Positions 46,111-59,743 are shown, counted from the stretch's first letter. The stretch is DNA of 62,000 nucleotides from Wallemia ichthyophaga EXF-994 (GCF_000400465.1 NW_008806283.1:60001-122000); one strand, 5' to 3'. Notes: generated by a model from the sequence alone, not told the origin. Program-made: numbers and translations.

Positions 46111-48108
46111 CTACTTGGCAAAGACTTCCTTCCTTGACGGCGAGTTAGCTCTGGTGTTGGGTCGGTGAGAAGCCGGTGTATTATGAGAACTACCTCCCGC
46201 ATTAGCGTTAGGTTGAGGTGTAGAGTGATTGCTATAATCCATACTTTCATCATCCTCATCTTCCCTGTCATCTCTATCATAACTCGTATTGTTACTATTG
46301 CTATTGCGCGTGTTGTGTTGTCCCAACTTGCCCCCTGTCCCGTTTTGTCCAGACTTGCGCAGGTATCGCTGTCGTACTTGGTGGTACGAGCGAGTTCCCA
46401 CCATCTTGCTCACCGCATCCCATTTCTGTCCATGGATTGACACCGCTTTCGCGAGGAGCGCATCTTCCGCACCTGTCCACTTAGTGTATGGCGCACGCGA
46501 ATTGTTCGAAGGTCCCACTGGTCGCATTGAAGTGAACCCAGCTGGTGGGATGCTGAATGCTGCCGATGGGTGATGCGAGGGGTGTTGCTGCATTGGATGA
46601 GGGGCGACAATTGAAGGTGGAGGTTGAGGTGTATTTTGTGTGTGTTTTGTAAGTTGTGTGTGTTGTATTTGTGGTGTTTGTCCTTCCTGTACGCTTTGTA
46701 CTCCCGCTCCTTGCTGTGGATGCACTACTGCCTGTTGAGGCATTGGAGGTGTCGCACTCACCCCTAAACCACTCATTCCCACTCCCGGCTCAGTCTTTAC
46801 GCGTGGGCTGCTTGCATCCGTCTTAGGTGTGCCCCATGTGAGTCGCTTCTTCGTTGGGGATTCAACAGGCGAAGAGGGCGTCGGCGGGGAGCTGCCTCTC
46901 AGTCGCAGTGGTGGTCCCAACTCGTTGATATGCTCTCTATCCTTCTCGAGTGCGTTCAGCTTAGGTGGCAGCGCATACGAGCTCGTCGGTGTTTCATTAT
47001 TGCTCTGTTCCACTGCGTGATCGGCGAGAAAATCAAGCGCCGACCCCTTGTTGTCCTGCTGCTGCTCCTTCATCTGTGTTGTTGGTTTCGTTGGACTCGA
47101 ATTGTAGTGTAGATATGGATCCTCGTTCCTGTTCTCCCCACCAGTAACGTAATTCTTTCTGTCAGTGCTGTTAGATATGGTGTTGATTGCTGGTAGTCTT
47201 CTTCGCTTCGGCGAGGTTTGAGGGGATGGGGAGTATGGTCGAGGCTTGGTAGGCGATCTGCTCACACTGCGCCCGTGCTGGTTGTCAAAGACGGAAGTAG
47301 CTGCATTTATGAGATTCTCTATGCCATTGTGCTGCTGCTGTTTGGGCGTGGAGGATGACGCACTGTGCATGGCTTTGCGCCGCGATATCTGCTTGGGTTG
47401 GAGCGATGACTGTTCTTCAGGGTTATTGGATTTGCGAATAAGCGTGTTTAAACGTTTGGAAGCAAGGAGTAGATGCTCAGCGCGTGCGTCACCCATCCCA
47501 TACTGATCAGAGCGTGAACCATCACCGTCATGCCAAGCAGCGTCTTTCCAGGCCTCAATACCTGGATGAGCTTTGGTGATGAGCGTAGCGCGTATCTGAC
47601 GTAATTCATTTTCTAATCTATTCGCCCTACGTAAGGCTTCCTCGAGCTGTCTCTGGTGTTAAAAAAAAAAAAAGCGGAAATAAAAAAAAGCACCAACCTT
47701 ATTTTTAAGAACACGCTTATCGCCAACTAGCATTCTGTTCTCAGATTGAATATCTTGGTGAAGTACAGAGGTACCTTGAGGCTCAATCTCATCGTGAGCT
47801 TCCCAGCGAGTGAGGCGTGCATCCCATCGAGATCTCTCCAATTTCCAAGAAAGAGCTTCGGCTTGCCTCTTCAACGACTCCAGCTCAATTTTATCGATAT
47901 TGTTATTTGTGTGAATTGATTGTTTTGACAGTGTGTTTGAAGATTCAATAGCGTGATTTAATAATTTCAGTGAAGTGGCGTATAGGAATGGTGCATCCCC
48001 GTGTTTGTCATCTAATACCGCTCTTAACCCACTCAACTCACTCAAACTCAATAGATTTCCCCCTGGCTCCGATGGCTCAGAAATAGGTGATGGCGGGTTC
48101 TTGCTCAT
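46111..48108 (-). CDS. Myb/SANT-domain protein with N-terminal coiled coil
   Basis: KWTGAEDALLAKAVSIHGQKWDAVSKMVGTRSYHQVRQRY. ORFs 47659-48108 and 46111-47496 join through a poly-T intron (GTTGGT..CCAG). Confidence 0.8.
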
Positions 48109-48409
48109 TGGTCGTTCTAGTCTAAGATATAATTTCCTGTAACTTCCTTATTTAGCAATTATTTTATATATTCGGCGTGTTTGGCGATTTGTTAATTTGA
48201 TTTTGTGATGGTGGATACTCAATCAACTTAACATTTTGATTTCTGAGATTTGATTTTTTATTTTTTATAAATATAAAGATGAGTAGAATTTGGAAATTCA
48301 GGTGTTATAGCTGCTAAGCTACATACTCGTACAACTCACACACTCAAATCTCTACTCCCTGTTATTCCCATCTATCACCCCAACCACCATCATTTAAATT
48401 ACTTTTAAA

Positions 48410-51005
48410 ATGCAATTGGATGTAAAAGTGAGGCTATCGGAATACACAAGACACCCTTAACACCCCCTCACAGCGACAATTCTTTAATCGCAGTGAACGT
48501 GTCAAATCGGTCGATTTCCATCCAACAGAACCTTGGTTATTGGCTGGTTTGTATAATGGATCTGTTGTCATTTACAATACATCCACCAATAACCCTGTAA
48601 AATCATTCGAAGTCACCGATGTTCCCGTACGCTGCGTACGCTTCATCCCAAGAAAGAATTGGTTTGTTGCTGGCTCTGATGATTTCCAATTGAGGTTAGT
48701 GGCTAATTGTTATGATTCCCATCCTCTCACTCTCCCCCTTTAGATGCTTCAACTACAACACCTCGGACAAGATCTCTTCCTTTGAGGCTCACCCAGATTA
48801 TATCCGCGCTTTGGCTGTACACCCAACTCTCCCATACGTTATCACTGGTTCTGACGATATGTCCATCAAGCTCTGGAATTGGGAGAAGCAATGGCGCTGT
48901 CAGCACATCTTTGAAGGCCATACGCACTACATCATGAATATTGTCTTCAATCCAAAGGATACCAACACCTTCGCTTCTGCTTGCTTAGATAGGACTGTAA
49001 AAGTCTGGTCTTTGGGCGCTGTAAATGCCAATTTTACCTTAGAAGCACACGATAAGGGTGTAAATTATGTCGAGTACTATCACGGCAACGATAAACCCTA
49101 TATCGTTACTACCGGTGATGATAGACTTGTCAAGGTCTGGGATTACCACTCTAAATCTCTCGTTCAGTCTATGGAAGGTCACACTTCAAACGTCTCATTC
49201 GCCATATTCCACCCTTCCCTACCACTTATCATTTCTGGCGCTGAAGATGGCACTGTTAAGGTGTGGAACAGCAGCACTTACAGACTCGAGCAGACTTTGA
49301 ACTACGGTCTAGAGAGAGCTTGGTCGGTTGCTTATTCAAAGTCTATCAATGACGTCGCTGTCGGTTTTGATGAGGGTGCTGTAGTTTTCAAGGTGAGCAA
49401 CTGTGTTCTATAGGCACTCACACTCACACTCAACAGCTCGGTCGCGAAGATCCAACCTTCTCAATGGACTCCTCTGGTAAAGTCATCTACTCACGCAACA
49501 GTGAAATCTTCGGTGCAAATCTTCAAACACTCGACCAAGATGACCTCGTCGATGGCCAGCGTATACCATCTCAAGCTCGTGAACTCGGTAATACTGAGGT
49601 TTTCCCACAATCAATTCAACACTCACCCAACGGTCGCTTTGTGACGGTTTGTGGTGATGGCGAATACATCATCTACACTGCACTCGCATGGCGCAACAAA
49701 TCATTCGGTCTCGCTACATCCTTCGCTTGGGCTGGAGATAGCAACACGTACGCAGTACGCGAACCAAGTGGAAAGCTACGTGTTTTTAAGAATTTTAAAG
49801 AGAAGAATGCCCCTAAGGTAGCCAATAATACGGGTGGAATTACTAGTGTTTTTGGCGGTTCACTTCTTGGTATTGCCGGGAATGGTTGGATTATGTTCTG
49901 TGATTGGGAGAGTGGAGATATAGTAAGATGGATTGAAGTAGATGCCTCGCAAGTGAGCTGGTCACCTAATGGCGACTACGTTGCCATTATTTCCCCTGAC
50001 TCCGCCTACATGCTCCAATTTAACCGCGATGCATACGATCAACACGTTGCGAATGGTGCTGATTTCGGTGATGAGGGTGACGAAGAAGCATTCGAGGTTG
50101 TTTCAGAAATCAGCGACTCAATCAGTACTTGTAAATGGCTCGGTGATTGTCTCATCTACGTATCGACGTTAAACAGATTATGTTATGTGTTGGGTCATAA
50201 GTCCCAGCCACTCAATCACTTTGACGGGCCGCAGTATCTCCTCGGATACATTGGTACTCAGAACCGCATCTATGTGATGGACAAAGATCTTCAAATCAGG
50301 TCATACGCACTCGCGAAATCGCTCATTGAATATGAATCAGCTATCCTCAGCCAGGACTTTACCCTCGCAGAAAACATCCTTCCTAGGATACCAGCCGATC
50401 AGAAGAACAGGATAGCAAGATTTTTGGAAGACGAGGGATTGAAAGAGTTAGCGATGAGCGTGGCAACAGACCCAGACCAGAAATTTGACCTAGCAGTAGA
50501 ACTCGGCAAGCTCGACGAAGGCAATGCGCTAGCTAGTCAGTCAGTGTCTGCAGATTCGCAGAACAAGTGGCGCACATTGGGCGACAAGGCACTCGAGAAA
50601 TGGGATATCAGTCTATCTGTGGAGTGTTACAAAAAGGCAAGCGACCTCGAAGCGTTGCTATTAGTATATACAAGCAGTGGCGATAAGGGCGGTATGCAGG
50701 AACTAGCAGAATTGGCGATACAAGCCGGACAGAATAACATCGCATTCGCCGCACTCTTACAACTGGGACAGCCGGGCGAGTGTGTTGATTGCCTCCTGCG
50801 TAATCAACGTTACGCAGAGGCTGGACTATTCGCTAGTACGTATTGCCGAGACAAGATTCAAGAGTGTACAGCAGCGTGGAAGAGCAGCTTGTTGGGGGAG
50901 AAGAAGGATAAGATTGCAAAATCTATCGGTGATCCTGAAAACCAGCCTGAATTGTTCAGCAATAGCAATAGCAATAGCCATAATAATCTGATCGATGTTG
51001 AGTAG
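48410..51005 (+). CDS. SEC27: Coatomer beta' subunit
   Basis: MQLDVK|[77 protein letters not shown]; multi-exon. Confidence 0.98.
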
Positions 51006-51424
51006 ATGTAAAATGAATTTTGTCTCTTTTAAGTAATTTAGCTCTTTTAATGACCGCATCGGAATAAAGATCGGCAATTAGATAAATTACGCAAATGTCT
51101 TAATTTAATTCGCCGGAAGTGCTCTTAATTAGGTGGGCGTGCAAAATTTTCACAGGTGCACAGAAGGACCTAAGAAGTCCGCCTGGACGTAGAATGCAAT
51201 TGAAAAAGCACACTACTATATTCGGTTGCAATTTCCGATGACACTTACTATATTTAGCATGCATTCTTCACACTGGGTTGTGATATCATCACATCGCCGT
51301 TCTTCGTCCTTCGTTCTGGATTGGCATGTATTGAGAATGAGTTGAGTCAACCGATAGCCGCTTACAATCCTAACAACAACCAACAGCCGCTAAAGGAGGA
51401 GCAACAGACAAAGAAAGCCACTCG

Positions 51425-53289
51425 ATGAAATCTGATAATAAATCGCAGACGCAGAGCAATAAGGTTTGTGGAGGTATTTGATCGGTGTGAACTGCTGCTA
51501 ATAACGCCTACAGTCTAGTACTTCTGTACAGGCTAACAACCGCAACGATATCGCGATACAAACGTCACCAGCACTCTACGACAACAGTGATGGCCTTCTC
51601 GGTCCGTCGAGCACGTCGCTCCATCAGCAACACCAGCCACATCAGGGCGTATATCTCAATCGCAGCAACTCTCACGCAGACGGCCGCTCGCGCTCTGTAT
51701 CCTTCGCCAGCACAGCGGCACCATCGCGTGTTTCACCAAATGATCCCTATGCCGCGTTTAGATCAAAGTCTACAATATCCTTAGCGCTGCCTACGGGTGA
51801 TGCTATCGAGGTCGAGGATGAGCCTGACCAGCTCCCAGAGCACAAGGAGAGTCGCGAGAAGACGCCGTCTCCCCAGCAGCCATCGACGCGGATACAGATA
51901 TTTAAGAGGATGTGCATCATCAATCTTGTGGCTTTCTCTTTCGGTATCGATGCCACGCTTTGGCTGCCAAGTGTCTACAGCTTCATTCTCACAGTGCGTC
52001 CGAACGACGCGGACAAATATCTCGCTGTGACACAGGCTGTCAGCGCACTCGCGCAGCTCATAGTCTCCCTCAGCATCGGTGTCTTTGCAGCAAAAGTGCG
52101 CTCGCTGAAATGGACCATCGTCGTCTGTATCTCGCTATCGTTCGCTGGTAACTTCCTCTATTCGTGCGCAGGTGTCGGTGCGATTGGCAATGTAGGGGCG
52201 ATTATAGGCGGTAGGATTCTCTGCGGTGTGGCTTCCGGCAGCTCTGGTCTCGCGATGGGTTTTATCGCCATTTCCACAGCCAACGTCGATAGACTGGAGG
52301 CGCTTTCGCAGTACAGAACGTATGCGGGTATAGCGCTAGTGCTCGGTCCTGCTCTCAACGCCCTCTTCGGTCTGATCGATGTCCAGATTGGGAACTACCA
52401 GGTCAACGAGAACAACGCACCGACATACTGTTCTTCGTTTATCATGGCCTTTCTCTCAATCCTACTCGCAGTCTTCCTCAGCAACAAGACTAAACCAGCT
52501 CCGAACCCGATCTTACCTGCTATCGAGTTCTTCAGGAGAGGCCACTACGGACCATCGCTGATCATCCTCTGTTCCATGCTCAGCAGCTCTTATGTCTCCG
52601 CTCTCATCCTTTACGTACTCCCAGACCGTCTCAGCAGTTTCTGGGGCTTCAGCACGGGTGTGCAGGCTGGATTGCAAACAGCAGTCTATGCAGCAGGCTT
52701 AATTGGTAGTCTGCTCAGCTCGTACATTCGTGACGGACTAGGACGACTTGTCCTCAAGATCACCTCATGGAAGGTGGGCGTCGATCGAGTAACGCTTCTC
52801 GAGCGCGCCAAGACAGACGGCGGCGTGAGCGCCGGTGCGCCTCTCTATACGGGTATTGGACTGGAGATTCTACTTGGTATTGTATCCTTCATGTGGGTCA
52901 GTCTAGGGTTAATAGCGATGATGATCTCGTTCGGATGCGATTTCGCTTATGACAGCTCACAAGCGGGCACTGCAGCAGGATTTCTTATCGGATGTGCTAT
53001 CGTTATGGTTGGATATAACATCCAAGCAGCCGTCCTGCCCACTCTGTTCTCCAAATCACTGCCAAATGACCTCAGAGTCAGTCTCACCCCATGGTACGGC
53101 GCTACGGTGGCCATGGGCAAGATTCTCGCACCGCTTATCACGGAGGCTATCACTGGTGCTACACCTACTGGCGGTCGCACGGGTGGGAACCAGCTCGGCG
53201 GATATGCGTTGGCACTGGGCGTTAGCGCTATAGGTGTAGTAACTACCTATTGGGTGAAATATCACCTGTCGCATGCTACAGCGTCGTAA
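51425..53289 (+). CDS. Major facilitator superfamily transporter with long disordered N-terminus
   Basis: Multiple TM helices, GRILCGVASG (MFS motif B-like), ATVAMGKILAPLI; ATG 51425 plus an intron ending 51513 is in frame with ORF 51910. Confidence 0.85.
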
Positions 53290-53568
53290 TCTGGTGTGGC
53301 TTACATTTTCATACATGCATACACACACTCACGCTTACACCCATATTCAACTCTCACACCCCCTTGACATACGGATATACACAGCAGACAGCAGACAGCA
53401 CACAGCACGCGTAATTTATTACATATTTTTTACTCGGATAGAAAATAATAACACATTTCCATCTTCATAATGCATTTCCCATTTTCTGTTTTCATCGAAT
53501 TTTCATTTTCGCTTATCTTATCGGCGTCGCTTACGTCATTACAACCATCAAAAGACATTAAAGGAGAT

Positions 53569-55703
53569 ATGTTGAGCTGTATATTTGGCAGAAACCACAG
53601 CAGAACGGGCTTTACACCGCCCATTGAACACTTGCCCACGTTGGAGATCAAGGAGCCGCTGCAGACATCCCGCACAGAGCTCGATGAGAGACTTGCGGAT
53701 TTGAGGGAGCTGCTTATAGACAGCAAGCTGGACTACTACCTTATTCCCACCACTGATGCCCATGCTTCAGAGGAGGTAGCGGCTGCCGATGCCCGACTAA
53801 GCTTTGTATCTGGGTAAATCAACGGTTTACAAGACGCGAGCTATCCCTGACGCTCCCATAGCTTCACCGGCAGCTCTGGAATTGCGATAGTGGGTCAGCA
53901 CGCTGCACACCTATGGACCGACTCGCGCTACTTCATACAAGCAGAACGCCAACTCAGCGACGCGTGGACGCTGCACAAGGACGGGCTTCCTGGAGTTCCT
54001 ACGTGGCTTGAGTGGCTCAAGGGACTGTGCTGCTGCAGAATCGGTGTCGATCCGAAGCTGGTCGCATACACACAAGCACAGGCCATAGGTGACAACCTAC
54101 GTGAGTCAGACTGTGTGCTAGTCCATACGCACAACCTCGTCGACCGCATCTGGTACGACAGACCGCATCTGCCACTCAAGCCGCTTTTCGAGCTGAGAGT
54201 GCAGTTCGCGGGAGTTCATGCATCGCAGAAGCTGCACAGCGTCGATGCATATCTGGGTAGCAAGCGCGCACTCATCGCTACCGCTCTCGACGATGTGGCC
54301 TGGACGCTTAATCTGAGGTGGGAGGGTGTGTGCTGGGTGACACACTAGCTAATCCGAATACAACTTCACTTGCAGATGCCACGGGAGCGTTCCTTTCAGC
54401 CCCGTATTCTACTCCTATCTCTTTCTCTCGCAGGCTAAGAAGATATTGTTCGTGCACAAGCAGCAGCTCACTAAGGACGTCAGCGCATACCTGCACGAGC
54501 TGGGCGTCGAGGTTGACGATTACGACGCTGTGGACAGCAGGCTGAAAGAGGTGTCAGAGGGGTTCACTACGGTGCTCGCATCCCAGTCTGTCTCCTATGC
54601 CGTAGCAGCCGACTGCACATTCGAACGCATCAGGACTACCACCTCGCCTATCACGCTGTGGAAAGCTGTGAAGAATGAAACGGAGCTGCAGGGAGCTCGC
54701 GAAGCATACAAGCGAGATGGACTAGCTTTTGTCCGTTTCCTCGCATGGCTCGATGGACAGGTCAGAGCGGGAAACCCCAACCTCACCGAGTGGACAGTCA
54801 GTGGCAAGTTTGACGAGTTCAGGAAGGCGTTGCCCCTGTTCAAGGGTCTGGCGTACGAGAACATCTCTGCAACAGGCGCCAATGCAGCTCTGCCTCACTA
54901 CGCAGCTGGTCCTGATGCTCCCAAACTCGATCTGAGCACGCCTTACTTGAAGTAAGGAGACTCTTTGCAATGCATACGCAGCTTTGTTCGCTTTGCTCAC
55001 ACACCTCAGTGACTCTGGCGGACAGTATCTTGATGGGACTTGCGATACTACGCGCACTGTCCACCTGGGCACCCCGACAGCTGAGCAGAAGGTAGCGTTC
55101 ACGCGTGTCCTCCAGGGACACATCGCCATAGACTCGCTCGTCTTCCCTGAAGGCACGACTGGTGGCCATATCGACGTGCTCGCGAGACGTCCACTGTGGC
55201 GTGAAAACCTCGACTATGGCCATGGCACTGGGTGTGTGGGGCTTTTTTTTTTGTGGTTGCACCTGCTCACAACTCAATACAGACACGGCATAGGCTCGTA
55301 TTTGAACGTACACGAGGGACCACATGGGATTAATAAGGGTGTGACATTCGCTGAGCACCCACTGCGTATCGGTTGCATCAACTCGAATGAGCCTGGATAT
55401 TGTGAGACGTGAATTTTTTATCGATAGTATAACCACTCACGAGAGCTATCTACAGACGCCGAGAACAGATTCGGAATGCGCATCGAGTCTGTCGTCGCAG
55501 TTCAGGCGGCTGAACAAGAAGGTTGGCTGAAATACGACCGCTTGACTCAGGTTCCGATCGACAAACGTCTCGTCGACTTTGGGTTGCTGGACAAGTCAGA
55601 GAGGAATTGGCTCGAAGCGCACAACCAAGATGTCAAGAGAATGCTGTTGCCAATGCTAGATAAGTCTGAGACACTCGCGAAAGAGTGGTTGGAGAGGGTG
55701 TAA
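53569..55703 (+). CDS. Xaa-Pro aminopeptidase (M24B, aminopeptidase P)
   Basis: [40 protein letters not shown]|[20 protein letters not shown]; multi-exon. Confidence 0.94.
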
Positions 55704-55754
55704 TGACATGATGAATCAAGTGTACATGCTATGCTACAATAACAATCTTTGCTT

Positions 55755-56742
55755 TCACAAACTCGCTTTCGCACCGCTTGCCATAGTCACGCGCTCAATT
55801 TCGGGTATCTGATCAGGCGCATCGATGCGAAAATGCGGGATAGTGTCGAATGCTATAGAGGCCACACGAATCATAACACGTCTGCAAGGTCAGTCTGTGA
55901 GTAGATGAATCAGGCACACACGTAACCCACGCTGTGAATCCCAGTATCGGCTTGACGCCATTTCGACCAGTTTCGAAGACGTGTTTGCGGAGGTGGTGAG
56001 AAGGTGCGACTGGGTCTATGTCGTCGAAGTGCTGCGTGCGAGAGCGGGAGTGTGAGTGTTAGTGGTGATGTGAGGACTACAACCCACCCAGTGATAGATA
56101 TCGTCCGGGCTCTCGAGGTGCTTCAGCCGTAGGAGAAGGCTGTCTGCTTTGTGACAAAGGAAAGATTGGAGGGGATGAGAGAACAGCCTCTGCACTGTAA
56201 TGTGATCAGTGGAGTATCACCAACATAGGCACACACCCTCATCCTCATTCAACATCGGCACCAACGCCCTATCGGTAATGAGACATACTACCGGCCACAC
56301 TGTCAGCGCCGACGCGTTCGAGTATGCGAGGTGGGGCGGGAGCGTGGCCACATAGCGCACGCGCTGCAAATCACTACGCGGCAAACCTACCTCCTCTTCC
56401 GCTTCACGACGAGCTGTGTCCTCTGGAAAAATATCTTGCTCGTCGCGCTTGCCGCCTATTAGACAGGTATCGGATGGATATGCGCTGAGTAGCGGGCTCC
56501 GTTGGGATAACAAGACGTGGAGATCAGAGAGACGCCCTACAAATATCGCTACCATTACAGCCGCATGCTTGCCCGTGGATGACGAGGGATAGCGCGTGCG
56601 CGGGATGGATGCTTCCGATAGTCGCTGCAAGTAGCTGCATCCCTGAGCGGAGGCAGAGATAACACAATAACACCCACGCCTTCGAATTTTCATTCAGTCC
56701 GGCCACGTCGTCCAGTTTGAGAGAATGTGCGTGTGAGGTCAT
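55755..56742 (-). CDS. Nudix hydrolase, CoA-diphosphatase (NUDT7/Pcd1)-like
   Basis: AAVMVAIF..VLLSQRS..GGKRD..TARREAEEEVGL Nudix box; four introns inferred; ends ASGAKASL*. Confidence 0.85.
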
Positions 56743-56847
56743 CGACGTTCTTATCAGGGATGGTGCACATTTTAATCGTCATCGTTATTCTTACAATACA
56801 TCAAAACATAAAGAATAAGAAAAAAACATTTACAAATCCTACTGCAG

Positions 56848-57831
56848 TCACGCAACAAAAACAGCAGGATCGACGCGTGCATCCTCAACGCATCTGTCGA
56901 AATACCGTTTCCTCAACTCTGCATCCTCAGCCTGTTTTACCAGCTCAATCTGTGCATACTCATTCCAGTAAGCGCCTCCAGGTAAATTTTCTTTCGGTTC
57001 ACTTGCAAGATGCAAACCCGGCGCAGCGCCTTCTGCTGGCGTTCTTCCAAAATAGCTCATAATGTAAGTAAAGGGGTAGGTAATGAGCCAAGAGACCCCA
57101 TAGTGCGCCTTATCGGTGATGGTAGTGTTGACCGCGCCTGGATGGTATACCCCGACCCAAATGTGCTTGTCAGCAAGGCGCTGCTGCAGTTCTTTTACTA
57201 CCACGTTCAACAGCAGTTTCGAGTCGGCGTAAATGGCGAAAGCGTTGATAACATAGCCATAAACGTTCCAGCTGTCCCTAAGCGGAGTCCTCTTGTTTGG
57301 AGGTGGGCGACTGGGCAGTGAGGTGAACATATATGCACCAGAGCCAGTAAAAATGATACGCGAGTCTGTTGAGTTAAGACAAGGCAAGAGGTGGCTAATC
57401 AAGGCAAGATGACCGATCACATTACATGCATACGTCATCTCAAGCCCGTCTGCACTGCTGCTCGAGGCCGTGTTGGGCGATATGAGACCTGCGTTCAAGA
57501 ACAGCGTGTCGATTGTGCGCGCGTCTTCTGCCTGCTCAGTCCAGCGCTGGCCGAAAGAACGGACTGAGTTGAGAGAAGAGAGGTCGATTTGCCACAAGTC
57601 AACAACCAAGTCGGGGCACCTTTCTTTTATCTCAGAGCGTGCCGCTTCTCCTTTGTCCATCGAGCGGCAGCCCATCACAAGCCTCTTGACGCCACTTTGG
57701 GCGACGTGGTCACACATAGCCAATCCGATCCCAGCATTCGCGCCAATGCAGATTATCGTCTTTCCTCGAAAGGCGTTGCTGTTGATGTTGTTGATTTTCT
57801 TGTTACTATCCTTTTCGAATGCACTAAACAT
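56848..57831 (-). CDS. Short-chain dehydrogenase/reductase (retinol dehydrogenase/WWOX-like)
   Basis: IGANAGIG, IDLSSLNSVRSF, LFLNAG, NVIGH, YADSK catalytic motif, HPGAVNT. ATG 57831 is preferred over 57984. Confidence 0.9.
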   Translation of the reverse strand: MFSAFEKDSNKKINNINSNAFRGKTIICIGANAGIGLAMCDHVAQSGVKRLVMGCRSMDKGEAARSEIKERCPDLVVDLWQIDLSSLNSVRSFGQRWTEQAEDARTIDTLFLNAGLISPNTASSSSADGLEMTYACNVIGHLALISHLLPCLNSTDSRIIFTGSGAYMFTSLPSRPPPNKRTPLRDSWNVYGYVINAFAIYADSKLLLNVVVKELQQRLADKHIWVGVYHPGAVNTTITDKAHYGVSWLITYPFTYIMSYFGRTPAEGAAPGLHLASEPKENLPGGAYWNEYAQIELVKQAEDAELRKRYFDRCVEDARVDPAVFVA

Positions 57832-57964
57832 GGTGGTAATACTGATAGCGATGGATTGCTGACTTGAGATTACTTGGAGAAAAATTGAGTCAATTAATGG
57901 ATGCAATTGAGCATTTCGTACATATTCATGAACCTTTTCTGTTGTCATCTTAATCCCATGATTA

Positions 57965-58805
57965 CCGAAACCAAGACCGGCCATAACGCAGCCGATTCGT
58001 TTATTAACAATTTGATTAAAATAACAGCATCATCGTTCTCAAAATCACTCAAGCATTTCAAATACATCTCCATATATATCCTCCGCTCAATATCCATCGA
58101 GTATGATTTCTCGATTACCACCTATCTCATGTCAGACGGTGGATTTACGAGTTTTGATGATCTCTGAATAAAGCGCTTAACATATAGCCCTGAATTTTTT
58201 CTACATTTAAGTCACCAGAACTATGTTCCTGAGACTCCAGTTGTGCCCTAGAGGCTGCTCGGAAGTTGAAATCCGGCATCGCTCTGGAGCACGCTTCAGG
58301 ATAGACATGCGGAGTTTTTCGCGATTTATCGATAGACATGATTCTTTATAGCTGGTAGTGATCGCAAGAACCTAGTAATTCAAGTATTCACTCTTCTAGA
58401 CGCGATTTACGGGTTTCGACAAGTGGCGTCCACACGACTCAACTCTGGCTCCAGGGAAGTAATATTGTCATTCATGACTTTTCAACGACTATTGAATACA
58501 ATTTATCCAAAGAAAGTAGGGGTCAGCTAAACTCTAAAATCGGGGGTTTGGATTAACCCAGTGCATTTCGAGACTTCAAAAGAATGGATGTGATGGCGGT
58601 TAAGGCTGTACTGGAATCTTATATTGCAGGAATGTATAGAGATGCATTCGAAATCACCCTGAGACCTACCACATCTAGCTGGACTAGTGCAGAGCACATC
58701 ACCACGCTATCAATGACATTAACACTCTCGAATTGATCCAAAGAGCAATTCCTATAGAATGATACCCATGTTGCTCAAGTTTGAAGTCATTAAGGTGCTA
58801 TGACA
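57965..58805 (+). pseudogene. Decayed gene of unknown family (copy B), homologous to 1870-2938
   Basis: Shared DNA blocks and residual peptide matches with copy A (SGARF/SRARY, RFID, FKYS..*TR, PETY, CRA..H); many stops and frameshifts. Confidence 0.65.
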
Positions 58806-59389
58806 AAAACGTCATTGAACTCGTGTGTGCATTCCTTGGGCGTAATGCGTCAATAACAACTAAGAGATATCGGTAATAATGATTGAATATTATTCGAGAT
58901 TTAAAATAGTTGGAGAGAGCTTTGAGGGCTTTGGCACACTCGTGAGCGCACCTACTTGGCCCAGTGGTCTCTTTCTATTCGTGACACAAGACGTGGGGCA
59001 AAATGATTCTTAAACGGCAATATAACATATCTTATATCGATCTTATATCAATACTAGGGCTTCCAAGGGTGATAATTCTGCAATTGAGAAATTTTACTCA
59101 ACCAGCACATAAGTTATGTTCACAAGGACTTGCGACAGTTTTATCAAGTTTAAAGCGTTGAAATAGTTCGAATTGACTTACAGCATTTTAATTGCCAAAA
59201 AATATCCGCTGTATGTATGATGATGATGAAATCTGAATTCATTGCTAAGACCATACATGCTTAAAATTGCGTTAACCAATACTCATTGAAGCATGAGGAG
59301 TCAAAAATTCAGCTTGAGGCTGAGATATTAGATATTTAAGGTTCATTGTGAGCGGTATATAACTGCTTCCAGGACAACCGAAGCCATCT

Positions 59390-59470
59390 GGTTTTGTAGT
59401 GTAGCGGTTATCACCGTGGATTTTGACGCAAAGACTTCCATTAACCCCGGTTCGAATCCGGGCAAGACCT
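59390..59470 (+). tRNA. tRNA-Gln (TTG) with 9-nt intron
   Basis: Acceptor stem GGTTTTG/CAAGACC, D arm TAGTGTAGCGGTTATCAC, anticodon stem GTGGA/TCCAT with TTG at 59423-59425, intron 59427-59435, T-loop GGTTCGAATCC, followed by a T run. Confidence 0.95.
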
Positions 59471-59573
59471 TTTGTATTTTGCCTCACTAAATTTTGCCCC
59501 ATTTTTCCTTACATCTAGATCCTTTTAGGAGATTTACGAGCTCAAGAGATGATTCCATAAAGTTGATGAATAG

Positions 59574-59705
59574 ATGTCTGCAGATGAAGAAGACAAAGAC
59601 AAAGCGACAGGCGAGTTTGAGGGGAATGGGGAGAAGAAGAGCAAGAAATTTGAAAAAGTGAAAGGGAGTGTAAACATGATTAAGAAAAAGGATAAAAAGG
59701 GATAA
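59574..59705 (+). CDS. Possible 43-aa Lys/Glu-rich micro-ORF
   Basis: MSADEEDKDKATGEFEGNGEKKSKKFEKVKGSVNMIKKKDKKG*; may simply be purine-rich leader sequence. Confidence 0.2.
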   Translation: MSADEEDKDKATGEFEGNGEKKSKKFEKVKGSVNMIKKKDKKG

Positions 59706-59743
59706 ATGACGGATAAAAGCACGACGCGGGATGAAGAGGTACA

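Noticed and set aside
57832-57984. In-frame upstream ATG extending the SDR by 51 aa
   Set aside because: The extension is AT-rich, unlike the CDS, and overlaps the start of relic copy B.
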